Shown: in pieces, positions 17,454 to 26,512 of the stretch | How positions within the stretch are numbered: position 1 is the stretch's first letter | Layout: each line of letters opens with the position of its first letter | Source of the DNA: an uncultured Gemmatimonadales bacterium | GTDB lineage: Bacteria; Gemmatimonadota; Gemmatimonadetes; Gemmatimonadales; GWC2-71-9 | Length of the DNA: 64,000 bases | Reading direction: 5' to 3' | Assembly: GCA_963826065.1 (NCBI GenBank) | Contig: CAWGVP010000002.1 | Span: 243,361 to 307,360 of the forward strand | Made by a program: the position numbers and the translations under genes | Notes under the pieces: generated by a model | What the model saw: only the letters and a program-made list of their open reading frames with translations | Told to the model about the DNA's origin: nothing | The model's database searches: none

Positions 17454-18474
17454 GGCCGCTCCCGCCCGCGGCGGGCGGCGGATCCTGGCGGGGATCGTCG
17501 GCGGCGCGCTCGCCATCGCGCTGCTCCTCTGGGCGCTCCGCGGCGTCCACCTGGAGGAGGTGGTTCGGCAGATCCGGAGCGCCGATCCCTGGCCGCTCGC
17601 TCTGGGTGTAGTCCTCGCCTCCCTGACCTTCCCCGTGCGCCTGGTCCGCTGGCGGCTGCTCCTTCGGAGTCAGACCGGCGAGCCCCTCCCCGCCGCGCCG
17701 CTCTGGCACGCGATCACCATCGGTTTCATGGCCAACAACCTGCTTCCCTTCCGGGCCGGTGAACTGGTGCGGGTGTTCGCGGTCACCAAGCTTTCGGGCA
17801 CCCGCTTCACGGCGGCCATGTCCTCCATCGCGGTCGAGCGGGTGTTCGACGGATTGACCTGCGTGGCGTTGCTGGTCCTTGGACTCCTCACCTCGAACCT
17901 GCCGTCCGGCGTCGTGGTGGGCGGAGTCTCGGTCGCGCGCGCGGCACAGATCGCCGGGGTCATCTCCTTTGCGGCCCTCGCGGTCGCCGTGGCCATTGTC
18001 GCGTTTCCCGCCGCGGCCGAGGGCGTGATCCGGAGGCTGTTCCCCTCGAGCCGTCTCTCCGAGCGGCTGATCTCGATGATCGAAGGCTTCAGGCACGGAC
18101 TCTCCTCGCTCCGGTCGCCCGCGCTGCTCGTCCGGGTGAGCATCTGGTCGGTCGCGCTCTGGCTGATGAACGCGCTGGCGCTGTACGTGAGCTTCGCCTC
18201 CTTCGACATCCCGGTGGGCTACGGCGGGGCCCTCCTCCTCCAGGGCATCCTGGTGATCGGCATTTCGGTGCAGCTCACGCCGGGCTTCGTGGGTCAGTTC
18301 GAGGCGGCCATCGTCGCGGCCCTGGCGCTGTACGGCATTCCCAACGGTGTCGCGTCCTCCTACGCCATCGCTTACCACGGCGCGACCTTCCTGCCCGTCG
18401 TCCTGGCCGGGGCCTGGTCCCTCGCGCGCACCCCGGTCGCGCTCAGCGACCTCCGAGGCACCCCGGGGCCGTGA
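17440..18474 (+). CDS. UPF0104 / lysylphosphatidylglycerol-synthase-TM-region (flippase-like) family membrane protein
   Basis: Polytopic: ILAGIVGGALAIALLLWAL..., FMANNLLPFRAGELVR motif; the ORF part before 17440 overlaps the previous gene. TTG 17440 is the first in-frame start near that stop (start uncertain). Confidence 0.7.
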   Translation: MTSPEAAPARGGRRILAGIVGGALAIALLLWALRGVHLEEVVRQIRSADPWPLALGVVLASLTFPVRLVRWRLLLRSQTGEPLPAAPLWHAITIGFMANNLLPFRAGELVRVFAVTKLSGTRFTAAMSSIAVERVFDGLTCVALLVLGLLTSNLPSGVVVGGVSVARAAQIAGVISFAALAVAVAIVAFPAAAEGVIRRLFPSSRLSERLISMIEGFRHGLSSLRSPALLVRVSIWSVALWLMNALALYVSFASFDIPVGYGGALLLQGILVIGISVQLTPGFVGQFEAAIVAALALYGIPNGVASSYAIAYHGATFLPVVLAGAWSLARTPVALSDLRGTPGP

Positions 18475-19364
18475 CCGACACCCGGGTTCGTCTGCCCGCC
18501 CATGCGAAGCTCAACCTCTTTCTCAGGGTTCTCGCTCGCGAGTCCGACGGATTCCACGGGCTGGAGACGCTGTTCTGCCTGGTGGATTTGGCGGACGACG
18601 TGCGGGTGGAGCGGCGCGAAGGGCACGGGGTGACGATCGAGGTCCAGGGCGCGGACGTCGGCCCGTCGGCTGACAACCTCGCCGTCCGGGCGGCGGCCGC
18701 GGTGCTCGCCGCCACGGGAGAGAAGTTCGCCGTGCACCTGACGCTCACGAAGCGCATTCCGGTCCGGGCCGGACTGGGCGGCGGCTCGAGCGACGCGGCG
18801 GCGGCGCTGGTGGCGGTGAATCGTCTCGCCGGCAACGCGGTGCCTCGCCACGAGCTGCTTCAGTTCGCGGCAAAGCTCGGCAGCGACGTGCCCTTCTTCC
18901 TCGCGGCCGCCCCACTCGCGCTGGCGTGGGCGCACGGCGATCGGCTGCTCAGGCTGCCGCCCCTTCCCTCCGCGCCCGCGCTCGTGCTGGCGCCTCCGAT
19001 CTCGATTCCGACCGCCGAGGCGTATCGCTGGCTGGACGAGGCGAGACAGTCGGCAGGCCGGCGGGGGGCGGTCGCGCTCGACCTCGACGCACTCTCGACC
19101 TGGGGTGACATCGGGCGGATGTCGGGCAATGATTTCGAATCGGTGGTCTTCAGCCGCCACCCGCCGATTCGCGCCGCCTTCGAGGCGCTGGCGAGCACGC
19201 GGCCGCTGCTCTGTCGGATGACGGGCTCGGGATCGGCGCTCTTCGCCGTCTACCGCTCGGCTCGCGACCGGGAAGATGCGCAGATGATGCTCGGCCGGAA
19301 GCATGGGACGCTCACCCCGGCGGAGACCCTGGCGGCCCCGCCACCCGGGCCGGAGGCGATATAG
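18471..19364 (+). CDS. ispE: 4-(cytidine 5'-diphospho)-2-C-methyl-D-erythritol kinase
   Basis: PAHAKLNLFLRV...KRIPVRAGLGGGSSDAAAAL; GTGA overlap with upstream gene. Confidence 0.9.
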   Translation: MTDTRVRLPAHAKLNLFLRVLARESDGFHGLETLFCLVDLADDVRVERREGHGVTIEVQGADVGPSADNLAVRAAAAVLAATGEKFAVHLTLTKRIPVRAGLGGGSSDAAAALVAVNRLAGNAVPRHELLQFAAKLGSDVPFFLAAAPLALAWAHGDRLLRLPPLPSAPALVLAPPISIPTAEAYRWLDEARQSAGRRGAVALDLDALSTWGDIGRMSGNDFESVVFSRHPPIRAAFEALASTRPLLCRMTGSGSALFAVYRSARDREDAQMMLGRKHGTLTPAETLAAPPPGPEAI

Positions 19365-19378
19365 ATTTGCTGGCGCGG

Positions 19379-19449
19379 TGGCCCTTCGTCCAATGGCAGG
19401 ACAGCGGACTTTGGATCCGTTAATGGAGGTTCGAATCCTCCAGGGCCAA
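19379..19449 (+). tRNA. tRNA-Gln (anticodon UUG)
   Basis: Folded by hand: acceptor UGGCCCU/AGGGCCA (U1:A72), D arm GUCC-AAUGGCA-GGAC, anticodon arm GCGGA-CUUUGGA-UCCGU, T arm GGAGG-UUCGAAU-CCUCC; CCA not encoded. Confidence 0.9.
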
Positions 19450-19463
19450 CTGGCCTGGCTTTG

Positions 19464-19484
19464 ACTGGCCGGTTTCTGGCCAGT
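19464..19484 (+). terminator. hairpin ACUGGCC-GGUUUCU-GGCCAGU followed by UUGGG, candidate terminator after tRNA-Gln
   Basis: Perfect 7-bp inverted repeat 15 nt after the tRNA; short U run only. Confidence 0.4.
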
Positions 19485-19738
19485 TTGGGACCACTACCAC
19501 GGCAGCGGCCTGGGTGCGAACCCGGGCCGCTCGCTTGGGTCATCGCGCTGAGTCTGCGGACCCTCCTGAAGCATTTCGGAGTTCTCTGACAAACAGCCTT
19601 GCCGCGGTGGTGCGCGGGTCTGCCCTACCTGTTTCACCGGCCGAAGTGAGCGTGCCCTCCCGTGAGTCCGCTCCGGAGGCGTAGGTTTGTGCGGGCGCCG
19701 CCAAGGGGGTTGCCCTCCACAATCGTCCGGAGGCGGCC

Positions 19739-20932
19739 ATGCACCTGTCGCCCCTCGCAGAAGCCGAGTCTTCGAACCCACGGCCTGGAGCGGCGGCGAG
19801 CTACTCGCTCGGGCAACTAACCGCGTACTTCCTGAGGCTCGGCACTATCGGGTTCGGCGGCCCGGTGGCCCTGGTCGGGTACATGCACCGCGACCTTGTC
19901 GAAGGACGCGGGTGGATCTCTGAAAGTGACTATCGAGATGGCCTGGCGCTGTCGCAACTGGCGCCTGGACCCCTCGCCGCCCAACTCGCCATCTATGTCG
20001 GATTCGTGCATTACGGTGTCATCGGCGCGACCGCAGCCGGACTTGCGTTCGTCCTCCCGTCTTTCCTGATGGTGCTGGGCCTCGGCTGGGCATACGTGAA
20101 GTATGGAGGCATCTCCTGGGTGCAGGCCGTGTTCTATGCGGTAGGTGCCACCGTCATCGGAATCATCGCCTACAGCGCCTACAACCTCACTAGGAAATCC
20201 CTCGGCGGCGCGAGACTACTTTGGGCCATCTACGTGGTCGCAGCGGCGGCGACCGTGATCACCGAGTCGGAAGAGGTCCTGCTCTTCCTCGCTGCCGGCG
20301 TGCTCGTGTGGCTGGTCAGAGCGCCGCCAGACCTGGGGCGGCTCCGTGGCCATGCATCGACAATCGTGCTGGCTCCTGTCGGAGCTGTGGGGGCCGGCGG
20401 GGTCGATCTGGATCTGCTCGGAAGGATCCTCGCGTTCTTCACCTACGCGGGCGCATTCGTCTTCGGAAGCGGCCTGGCGATCGTGCCCTTCCTGTATGGT
20501 GGGTTGGTGAAAGAACATGGATGGCTGACAGACCAGCAGTTTCTCGATGCAGTAGCAGTGGCGCTTATCACTCCGGGGCCGGTTGTGATCACGACCGGCT
20601 TTATCGGCTTCCTGCTGGCCGGTCTGCCAGGAGCCGTCGTCGCAGCCGTCGCGACGTTCCTCCCAGCCTATTTTCTCACCATCATACCCGCGCCTTACTT
20701 CAGGAAGTACGGCAGGCAGCCCAGCGTCGCCGCATTTGTGGACGGCGTGACCGCCGCGGCGATCGGAGCGATCAGCGGGGCGGTCGTGGTGCTGGGCCGG
20801 CGCTCGGTCGTGGATGTGCCGACCGCCCTTATCGCGCTCGCGAGCGTCTTTGTGCTCTGGAAATGGAGAGTGCCGGAACCGCTCTTGATCCTGGCCGCCG
20901 CGGCGCTCGGATTGCTCATCTATCCCGCCTAA
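19739..20932 (+). CDS. chrA: chromate transporter ChrA (CHR family, two-domain form)
   Basis: FLRLGTIGFGGPVALVGYMHRDLVE.RGWISE..Y.DGLALSQLAPGPLA, and second half FGSGLAIVPFL...LTDQQFLDAVAVALITPGPV. Confidence 0.9.
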   Translation: MHLSPLAEAESSNPRPGAAASYSLGQLTAYFLRLGTIGFGGPVALVGYMHRDLVEGRGWISESDYRDGLALSQLAPGPLAAQLAIYVGFVHYGVIGATAAGLAFVLPSFLMVLGLGWAYVKYGGISWVQAVFYAVGATVIGIIAYSAYNLTRKSLGGARLLWAIYVVAAAATVITESEEVLLFLAAGVLVWLVRAPPDLGRLRGHASTIVLAPVGAVGAGGVDLDLLGRILAFFTYAGAFVFGSGLAIVPFLYGGLVKEHGWLTDQQFLDAVAVALITPGPVVITTGFIGFLLAGLPGAVVAAVATFLPAYFLTIIPAPYFRKYGRQPSVAAFVDGVTAAAIGAISGAVVVLGRRSVVDVPTALIALASVFVLWKWRVPEPLLILAAAALGLLIYPA

Positions 20933-21294
20933 TGGGTACGGGTCTGGCGTCTTGACCTCACCCCCCCGCACCGGGCGTATACCCAGACGGAGGGTCGTGG
21001 CGATTTGATTGCTGAGCGTCAGCCACCTCTCCGCCGAACACACCGCGAGGAAGCCGACGAGCGGGAGCGATGCTCCCTGCCCCGGCCGGCAGGTCTGCAT
21101 GGAGAGACCGAAACTTCCTGGCATTGGCGAGTCCGAGGGATGAAGCTTGCAGAGTTGCGGTTACGGCATCAGACGCAGGTGACGTGCCTCACCGTCGCCG
21201 ATCGCGATCCCGGGCGATGCGACTTGACACGGTTCAGCCAACTTATGATCGCCACACGGCTTAGGCGCTCGATATCAAGTGCTTTCTTGGGCCG

Positions 21295-21312
21295 ATGCCG
21301 GCGTGCCGGCAT
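21295..21312. promoter_or_regulatory. perfect 18-bp palindrome ATGCCGGCGTGCCGGCAT upstream of the kinase gene (possible operator)
   Basis: Seen directly; lies in a 436-bp non-coding spacer, 57 nt before the kinase start. Confidence 0.25.
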
Positions 21313-21368
21313 TGCGCCTCCTGTAATCGGACTTCAATATTTGCTGCGGTGACGCGACAACACGCCGG

Positions 21369-23711
21369 GTGGCGGCCATGACCGCCGAGCTGACCTGTCT
21401 CAATTGCGGCGAGGCCGTTCGATCCGCGGACCGCTTCTGCTCGCAGTGTGGTGACGAGCTCACCCTGAGCTCGCACCCGACCACGCTGCTCCCCGGCGAG
21501 GCGAACCCCGAGGACGACCCCGAGTCGCCCTGGGCCGAAGTGGTGCTCCGGCTCCGGCGAGCCACCGCCGGCGAGTTCGAGATCGGCCGGGAGCTGGGGC
21601 GCGGCGGGATGGCGGCGGTGTTTCTCGCCCACGAGGTCTCGCTCGACCGCAAGGTCGCCATCAAGGTCATGTCCCCCGGCCTCCTGATGGGCGCGGGAAT
21701 GATCGACCGGTTCAAGCGCGAAGCCATCACCATCGCGCACCTCAACCACCCCAATATCGTTTCCTGCTACTCGGTCCGTCAGGCCGCGGGCCTGCACTTC
21801 TTCGTCATGCGGTACATCCGAGGCCGGTCGCTGGAGCAGTTGATCCAGGACGCCGGCCCGCTGCCGCTGCCGATCGTCCGCTCCATCCTCTGCCAGGTCG
21901 GCTCCGCCCTCACCTACGCCCACCGCTCCCAGGTCGTCCACCGCGACATCAAGCCGGCCAACATCCTCATCGACGAGGACGGCAACGCGGTGGTCACCGA
22001 TTTCGGCATCGCCAAAGTGGCGGCGCTGCCGGGCCAGACCCACAGCGGCGCACTGGTGGGAACGCCGGCGTACATGAGTCCGGAGCAGTGCAGCGGCGCG
22101 GAGGTGTCCGGTGCCTCCGACCAATACGCCCTCGGTGCAGTGGCCTACGAGATGGTGACGGGGACGGCGCCCTTCACCGGCTCGACGCTCACGGTGATGA
22201 ACGCGCAGGTCGAGGAGACGCCGCCGCCGATCCGGGCGCGCTTTCCCGAGTGCCCCGCGGGGGTCGAGGCCGCGATCCTCCGGATGCTCTCGAAGGACCC
22301 CGCCGAACGCTTTCCCAGCATGGCGGAGGCCAAGGCGGCGCTGGGTGCGACGCCGCTCATGGAGGACGATCCGCTGCTCGAGGAGCTGTGCCGGCTGGTT
22401 GCGGCCGGCGTCTCGTCCCGCACTCCCGATCCCGAGCGGCCGGCACTCTCGGTCGAGCCCTCTCCGGCCCTCGCGTCCTCCGCATCCCGCACCGGCGCGG
22501 CGGGACGCGCCCGGAGTCTCGTCATTCTCCCTCCACCGGCCGAGCTGGCCGTGGGCGACAGCTTTGCGCTGGTGGCCCTGGTGCGTGGCGAGCGCGACGT
22601 CCCTCTCCCCGGCCGGACGGTGGAATGGAGCACCGACGTGCCCGACGTGCTGCACGTCGATCAGGTACGGAAGCTCGCCGTGGCGGTCACGCCGGGATCC
22701 GCCCTGCTGACCGCGAGGTGTGACGGGATTCAGACTCAGGTCCCGGTCCAGGTTCCTCCCAACACGATCGCGCGGTTCGACGAGCAATCGGACGAGCCGG
22801 CCGCGGCCGTCCAGATCTCCATGCCGCCGCGCTCGGTGCGAGCGGGCGATTCCTTCGTGCTGACCGCGACGCCATTCGACCGATCCGGTCACCCCTTGTC
22901 CGAGCCCTCCGTGCTCTGGAGCACGAGCGACGTGCAGGTCGCGGTGGTGACCGCGGAGGGCTGGGTGGCGGCCCTCGGCCGGGGCCAGGTCGTCCTCACC
23001 GCGACCCGTGGTCTCGCCAGCGGTTCGGTCACCATCAACGTGGAGCAGGCGATCCCGACGCATCGAGCGGCGAAGCCTCCGGCCCGTCGCCACCTGCCGG
23101 TGGAGCCGGTACCCGATCACCGCTCGACCTGGCGGCGCCGCGGGGCCCGCACCCGCCGGGCCCTGACCAGGACGCTCATCGGACTGGCGGGGGTGCTCGC
23201 GGCCGTCTGGATGTTCGGCGGCTTGCGTGACTTCCGGTGGGGAGCGGTGCGGAGGTTGGCGTCCGTCGGGGACACGGCACGGCTCGCGGCCGACACGACA
23301 CGAGCCGAGCAGCCCGTCGATTCGATCGCTCCCATCAACCGCGGCGCCGTGGACTCGGCCGTCACCCGGCCGCGGCCGCGGCGCCGTGCCGCGACCGACA
23401 CGACGGTGTCGGCGGCTCCCGTTCCCGAACGCCCAGCGGGCGCGGATACCATGCCCGCTGGGCCGGACACACCGGCCGTGACCGGCGATCCGGTCGACGA
23501 TGCCTCCGAGAGTCTCGCCTCCCGCACCACCGAGACCGGCGCTGTCGGCGATCTCATCACCCTCCGACACCTCGGGCTACGCTCCCCTGGCCTCCACCTC
23601 GGAAAACGAACGGCCGCTCGAGGCCGCCCCATCGCGGTCGCCCCACGTTGCCGCGCCGAGAAACCCGCCGCCTCCGGTGGACGTTCGCCAGGTCGAATCA
23701 GCGCTTCGTGA
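21369..23711 (+). CDS. Ser/Thr protein kinase with N-terminal zinc ribbon, two Big_2-like Ig domains and one TM helix (3' end uncertain)
   Basis: CLNCGEAVRSADRFCSQCG; kinase HRDIKPANILI, DFGIAK, GTPAYMSPEQ; Big_2-like about 22519-23042; TM LIGLAGVLAAVWMFGGL about 23172-23226; last about 50 codons are Arg-rich and look out of frame. Confidence 0.85.
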   Translation: MAAMTAELTCLNCGEAVRSADRFCSQCGDELTLSSHPTTLLPGEANPEDDPESPWAEVVLRLRRATAGEFEIGRELGRGGMAAVFLAHEVSLDRKVAIKVMSPGLLMGAGMIDRFKREAITIAHLNHPNIVSCYSVRQAAGLHFFVMRYIRGRSLEQLIQDAGPLPLPIVRSILCQVGSALTYAHRSQVVHRDIKPANILIDEDGNAVVTDFGIAKVAALPGQTHSGALVGTPAYMSPEQCSGAEVSGASDQYALGAVAYEMVTGTAPFTGSTLTVMNAQVEETPPPIRARFPECPAGVEAAILRMLSKDPAERFPSMAEAKAALGATPLMEDDPLLEELCRLVAAGVSSRTPDPERPALSVEPSPALASSASRTGAAGRARSLVILPPPAELAVGDSFALVALVRGERDVPLPGRTVEWSTDVPDVLHVDQVRKLAVAVTPGSALLTARCDGIQTQVPVQVPPNTIARFDEQSDEPAAAVQISMPPRSVRAGDSFVLTATPFDRSGHPLSEPSVLWSTSDVQVAVVTAEGWVAALGRGQVVLTATRGLASGSVTINVEQAIPTHRAAKPPARRHLPVEPVPDHRSTWRRRGARTRRALTRTLIGLAGVLAAVWMFGGLRDFRWGAVRRLASVGDTARLAADTTRAEQPVDSIAPINRGAVDSAVTRPRPRRRAATDTTVSAAPVPERPAGADTMPAGPDTPAVTGDPVDDASESLASRTTETGAVGDLITLRHLGLRSPGLHLGKRTAARGRPIAVAPRCRAEKPAASGGRSPGRISAS

Positions 23712-24048
23712 TGGTGTGGAAGAGTGCTACGATGCGGTACGGTCCAAGAACCTGGAGCGGCTCGCCGGGATGTATCATCCCAGGACCTATGCCGACGAGG
23801 ATAAGCTGAGACGGCTGACCCGGATTCTGCGGACCGAGCCGTGGAAGGCGACCGTTGGCCGCCGGGTGGACGGACCGAAGGAGATGGGCGCCGCCGCCGC
23901 CGCCGCGCATTTCAGTTTTCGATTGGTCTGGAGAGACGCCCTCGGAGGGCGGCTCAGCAGTCAGCCGATCTTTCGGGCAGAGTTCGCCCGCGGCACCGAC
24001 GGCTGGACCATGTCGAGTTGCCGGATCGTGGGCTCGCCCAAGCTCTGA
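23500..24048 (+). CDS. NTF2/SnoaL-like domain ORF; either a separate gene or the frameshifted C-terminus of the kinase
   Basis: Frame +1 relative to the kinase; higher GC3 than the kinase frame after about 23560 (hand count); VESALRDGVEECYDAVRSKNLERLAGMYHP...SFRLVWRD...WTMSSCRIVG. Confidence 0.5.
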   Translation: MPPRVSPPAPPRPALSAISSPSDTSGYAPLASTSENERPLEAAPSRSPHVAAPRNPPPPVDVRQVESALRDGVEECYDAVRSKNLERLAGMYHPRTYADEDKLRRLTRILRTEPWKATVGRRVDGPKEMGAAAAAAHFSFRLVWRDALGGRLSSQPIFRAEFARGTDGWTMSSCRIVGSPKL

Positions 24049-24464
24049 TCCCCCGCATCGCGGACCTCGACGATTCCCGTTCGCTCGTGCACCACCAGGT
24101 GTAACCCGGCCTGGGGCATGTCCGGCTCGGCGAACGACACCACCAGCCTGCGCCGGGGTGCGCGCCCTCGAACCTCATAGGCGACCCGGCCACCGGCCAT
24201 GCGATGCGGCCCATCGATCGCGAGCCGCAGGCAGCCGTCGCCCGCAGCCCGCTGCGATCGGCCGTCGAATCGGACGAAACCGTCGGTCGACAGGGCGAAG
24301 CGGTCGTACTGCACTCCGCAACGCTCGAACTCGAAGCCCACCGGCAAGGGCCCCGTGGTCTCGTGCTCACCTAAAACGATCGTGTTGGCGGTGGCCTCCG
24401 GCTCCGGCGCCGGAGTGGTCATCGACTGAATCAGCGAGAACATGGCGTGCGTGCTCCTGAGCAA
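23961..24464 (-). CDS. hypothetical protein
   Basis: Most protein-like frame here; LPVGFEFERCGVQYDRFALSTDGFVRFD resembles the F-x-F-x-F-x-G...NG-x-x-x-F motif of NIDO-like domains; 3' end overlaps the convergent ORF by 88 nt; start (24464 or 24443) uncertain. Confidence 0.45.
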   Translation of the reverse strand: MLRSTHAMFSLIQSMTTPAPEPEATANTIVLGEHETTGPLPVGFEFERCGVQYDRFALSTDGFVRFDGRSQRAAGDGCLRLAIDGPHRMAGGRVAYEVRGRAPRRRLVVSFAEPDMPQAGLHLVVHERTGIVEVRDAGDQSLGEPTIRQLDMVQPSVPRANSARKIG

Positions 24465-24514
24465 GTGACGGGACGCTCTGGTCCCGCCCAGGTTGGGCCC
24501 CGCGAGTCAAGCCG

Positions 24515-26437
24515 ATGTCAAGCGAGGTGCAGATGATCCTCTGTCGTACGCTCGGGCCGGTGGACGTGATCCTGGACGGTGGCCCGGCGCCACCCGATCT
24601 CCTCTGGCGGAAACACCTTGCGCTCCTGATCTACCTCGCCCGCTCTCCCCGTCGGGTCCGAGGGAGGGACCATCTCGTCGGGCTGCTGTGGGGGGACCGC
24701 ACCGAGGCCGCCGCACGGCATTCGTTGAGCGAGGCGCTCCGGGTGATCCGCCGCCACGCCGGTGACGCCGCGATCGAGACCACTGGCGGGCAGGTGCGCC
24801 TCGCGCCGGGGTTCGTCGAGGTGGATGTGGATCAGCTCGAGGCCCTGGCGGCGGAGCGAGAATGGGAGTCGGCCGCGGAGCTGATCTCGGGCGAGTTCCT
24901 GGAGGGGTTCGCGGTCCCGGGGGCGCCCGAGTTCGAGAACTGGCTGGCGGCGGAGCGAGCCCTGTGGCGCCGACGCGGCGTCGACGTGCTGGCCCAGGGG
25001 TCGGAGGCGCTGGCGCAGGTTGGCAGGACTCATGAGGCCGTCGCGCTTGCGGCGCGGGCGCTCGGCCTGGAGCCCACCTCCGAGCGGGCCCTCGGCGCCT
25101 CCCTTCGGTGCCTGTCGCTCGCGGGTGATCGCGCTGGGGCGCTGGAGCTGTTCGACCGATATAGAGTCCGCCTGCTGGAGGAGCTGGGGACGGAGCCGGG
25201 AGAGGAGACTCAGGCCCTGGTGGAGCGGGTCCGTCGCGAGCGGGGCGTCCGCACCGAGGTGAGCGCCGGCGGACCGCACGGCGAGCCGGTAGTACGGGCC
25301 CCGCTCGAGGGTCGCGCGAGAGAGCTGAGCCGAGTGCTCGAGGTCGTCGCCCACGTCACGCGCGAGCGTCGCGCGGGGCTACTGGTGCTCGAGGGAGAAT
25401 CCGGTGTGGGAAAGACCCGGCTGGTCGAAGAGGCTCTGGCGAGACTCCGGCTCGACGGCGTGTCCATCGCGTCCGCACGAGCGGTCGAGGCGGACCACGA
25501 CGAGCCCTTGAGTGGCGTGCTCGCCCTGGCGCGGGGCGGACTGCTGGACGCGCCCGGCATCGGGGCGGCACCTCCGGAGGCGCTCGCCGCCTTTGCGGCC
25601 GCGCTGCCACAGTGGAAGGAGCGATTCCAGGGCACGCCGACCAATGACCCCCTGCCGCTGGTCCGCGGTATGGTGGAGACGCTGCGGGCCGCCGCGGAAG
25701 AGCGACCCATCGTGCTCGCGATCGACGACACCCAATGGCTCGACCGGGACTCCGCGTCCGCCCTGGGCATCCTGCTCCGCGACCTTTCGGACGTTCCGCT
25801 GACCGTGGTGCTCGCCATCGTCCCCCATCCGCCGCGCGCCGATCTGGACGAGCTGCGCTCCAGAATCGGCCGGGATCTCGGCGGCGATGTCGTGCGCCTG
25901 CGGCCGCTGGACCGCGCGGCGCTGCGGCGCCTGGCGGAGCGCATGCTCCCGGGCTACGAGGCGGTGGCGCTCGACCGGGTTACCCGGCGGGTAGCCACCG
26001 ACTCCGCCGGGATGCCGCTGCTGGCGGTGGAGCTGCTCCGGGCCGTGGCGCTCGGGCTCGATCTGGGCACCATCTCGGAGGCGTGGCCGGAGCCGCTCCG
26101 CACCCTCGACCAGACATTGCCGGGCGAGCTGCCCGACGCGGTCGTGGTCGCGATCCGCATCGGCTTCAGGCGTCTGAGCCCCGCGGCCCAGCGGGTGCTG
26201 GCCGCGGCGTCGGTCCTCGGCGATTTGATCCCGGCGCAGGTGGTGGGGCGCGCGGTGGGCCTTGGACCCGACGATACCGCGCTGGCGCTCGACGAGCTCG
26301 AGTGGCATCGCTGGCTCGTCTCGGAGCCGCGAGGTTACTCCTTCGTAGCGAGGATCGTCCGGCGAGTCGTGGAACGGGACATGGTTACTCCCGGGCAGCG
26401 CCAGCGCCTGCTCGACGCGGCTCGCCTGTCCAACTGA
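24515..26437 (+). CDS. SARP/AfsR-type transcriptional regulator: winged-helix + BTAD domain + P-loop NTPase (AAA_16/STAND-like)
   Basis: wHTH RKHLALLIYLA...RDHLVGLLWGD...ARHSLSEALRVIRR; BTAD helical repeats ...ALELFDRYRVRLLEELGTEPGEETQALVERV; Walker A LEGESGVGKTRL (about 25385-25420); Walker B-like VLAIDDTQWLD. Confidence 0.8.
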   Translation: MSSEVQMILCRTLGPVDVILDGGPAPPDLLWRKHLALLIYLARSPRRVRGRDHLVGLLWGDRTEAAARHSLSEALRVIRRHAGDAAIETTGGQVRLAPGFVEVDVDQLEALAAEREWESAAELISGEFLEGFAVPGAPEFENWLAAERALWRRRGVDVLAQGSEALAQVGRTHEAVALAARALGLEPTSERALGASLRCLSLAGDRAGALELFDRYRVRLLEELGTEPGEETQALVERVRRERGVRTEVSAGGPHGEPVVRAPLEGRARELSRVLEVVAHVTRERRAGLLVLEGESGVGKTRLVEEALARLRLDGVSIASARAVEADHDEPLSGVLALARGGLLDAPGIGAAPPEALAAFAAALPQWKERFQGTPTNDPLPLVRGMVETLRAAAEERPIVLAIDDTQWLDRDSASALGILLRDLSDVPLTVVLAIVPHPPRADLDELRSRIGRDLGGDVVRLRPLDRAALRRLAERMLPGYEAVALDRVTRRVATDSAGMPLLAVELLRAVALGLDLGTISEAWPEPLRTLDQTLPGELPDAVVVAIRIGFRRLSPAAQRVLAAASVLGDLIPAQVVGRAVGLGPDDTALALDELEWHRWLVSEPRGYSFVARIVRRVVERDMVTPGQRQRLLDAARLSN

Positions 26438-26459
26438 CTCACGGGGAGGGCCGGAAAAG

Positions 26460-26495
26460 CACCCGGCCCCGCCGCGGATGCGACGGGGCCGGGTG
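26460..26495. terminator. perfect 12-bp GC hairpin between convergent genes (bidirectional terminator candidate)
   Basis: CACCCGGCCCCG (26460-26471) / CGGGGCCGGGTG (26484-26495), 12-nt loop; AAAA on the left and a TTT 8 nt to the right, neither directly abutting the stem. Confidence 0.55.
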
Positions 26496-26512
26496 TCGTG
26501 CATTTCGGCGGG

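Noticed and set aside
23961-24048. 88-nt convergent overlap of ORFs 23500..24048 and 23961..24464 as evidence for a special antisense arrangement.
   Set aside because: Stop-poor frames readily extend ORF ends in high-GC DNA. One of the two 3' ends may simply be over-called, or affected by an indel as elsewhere on this contig.
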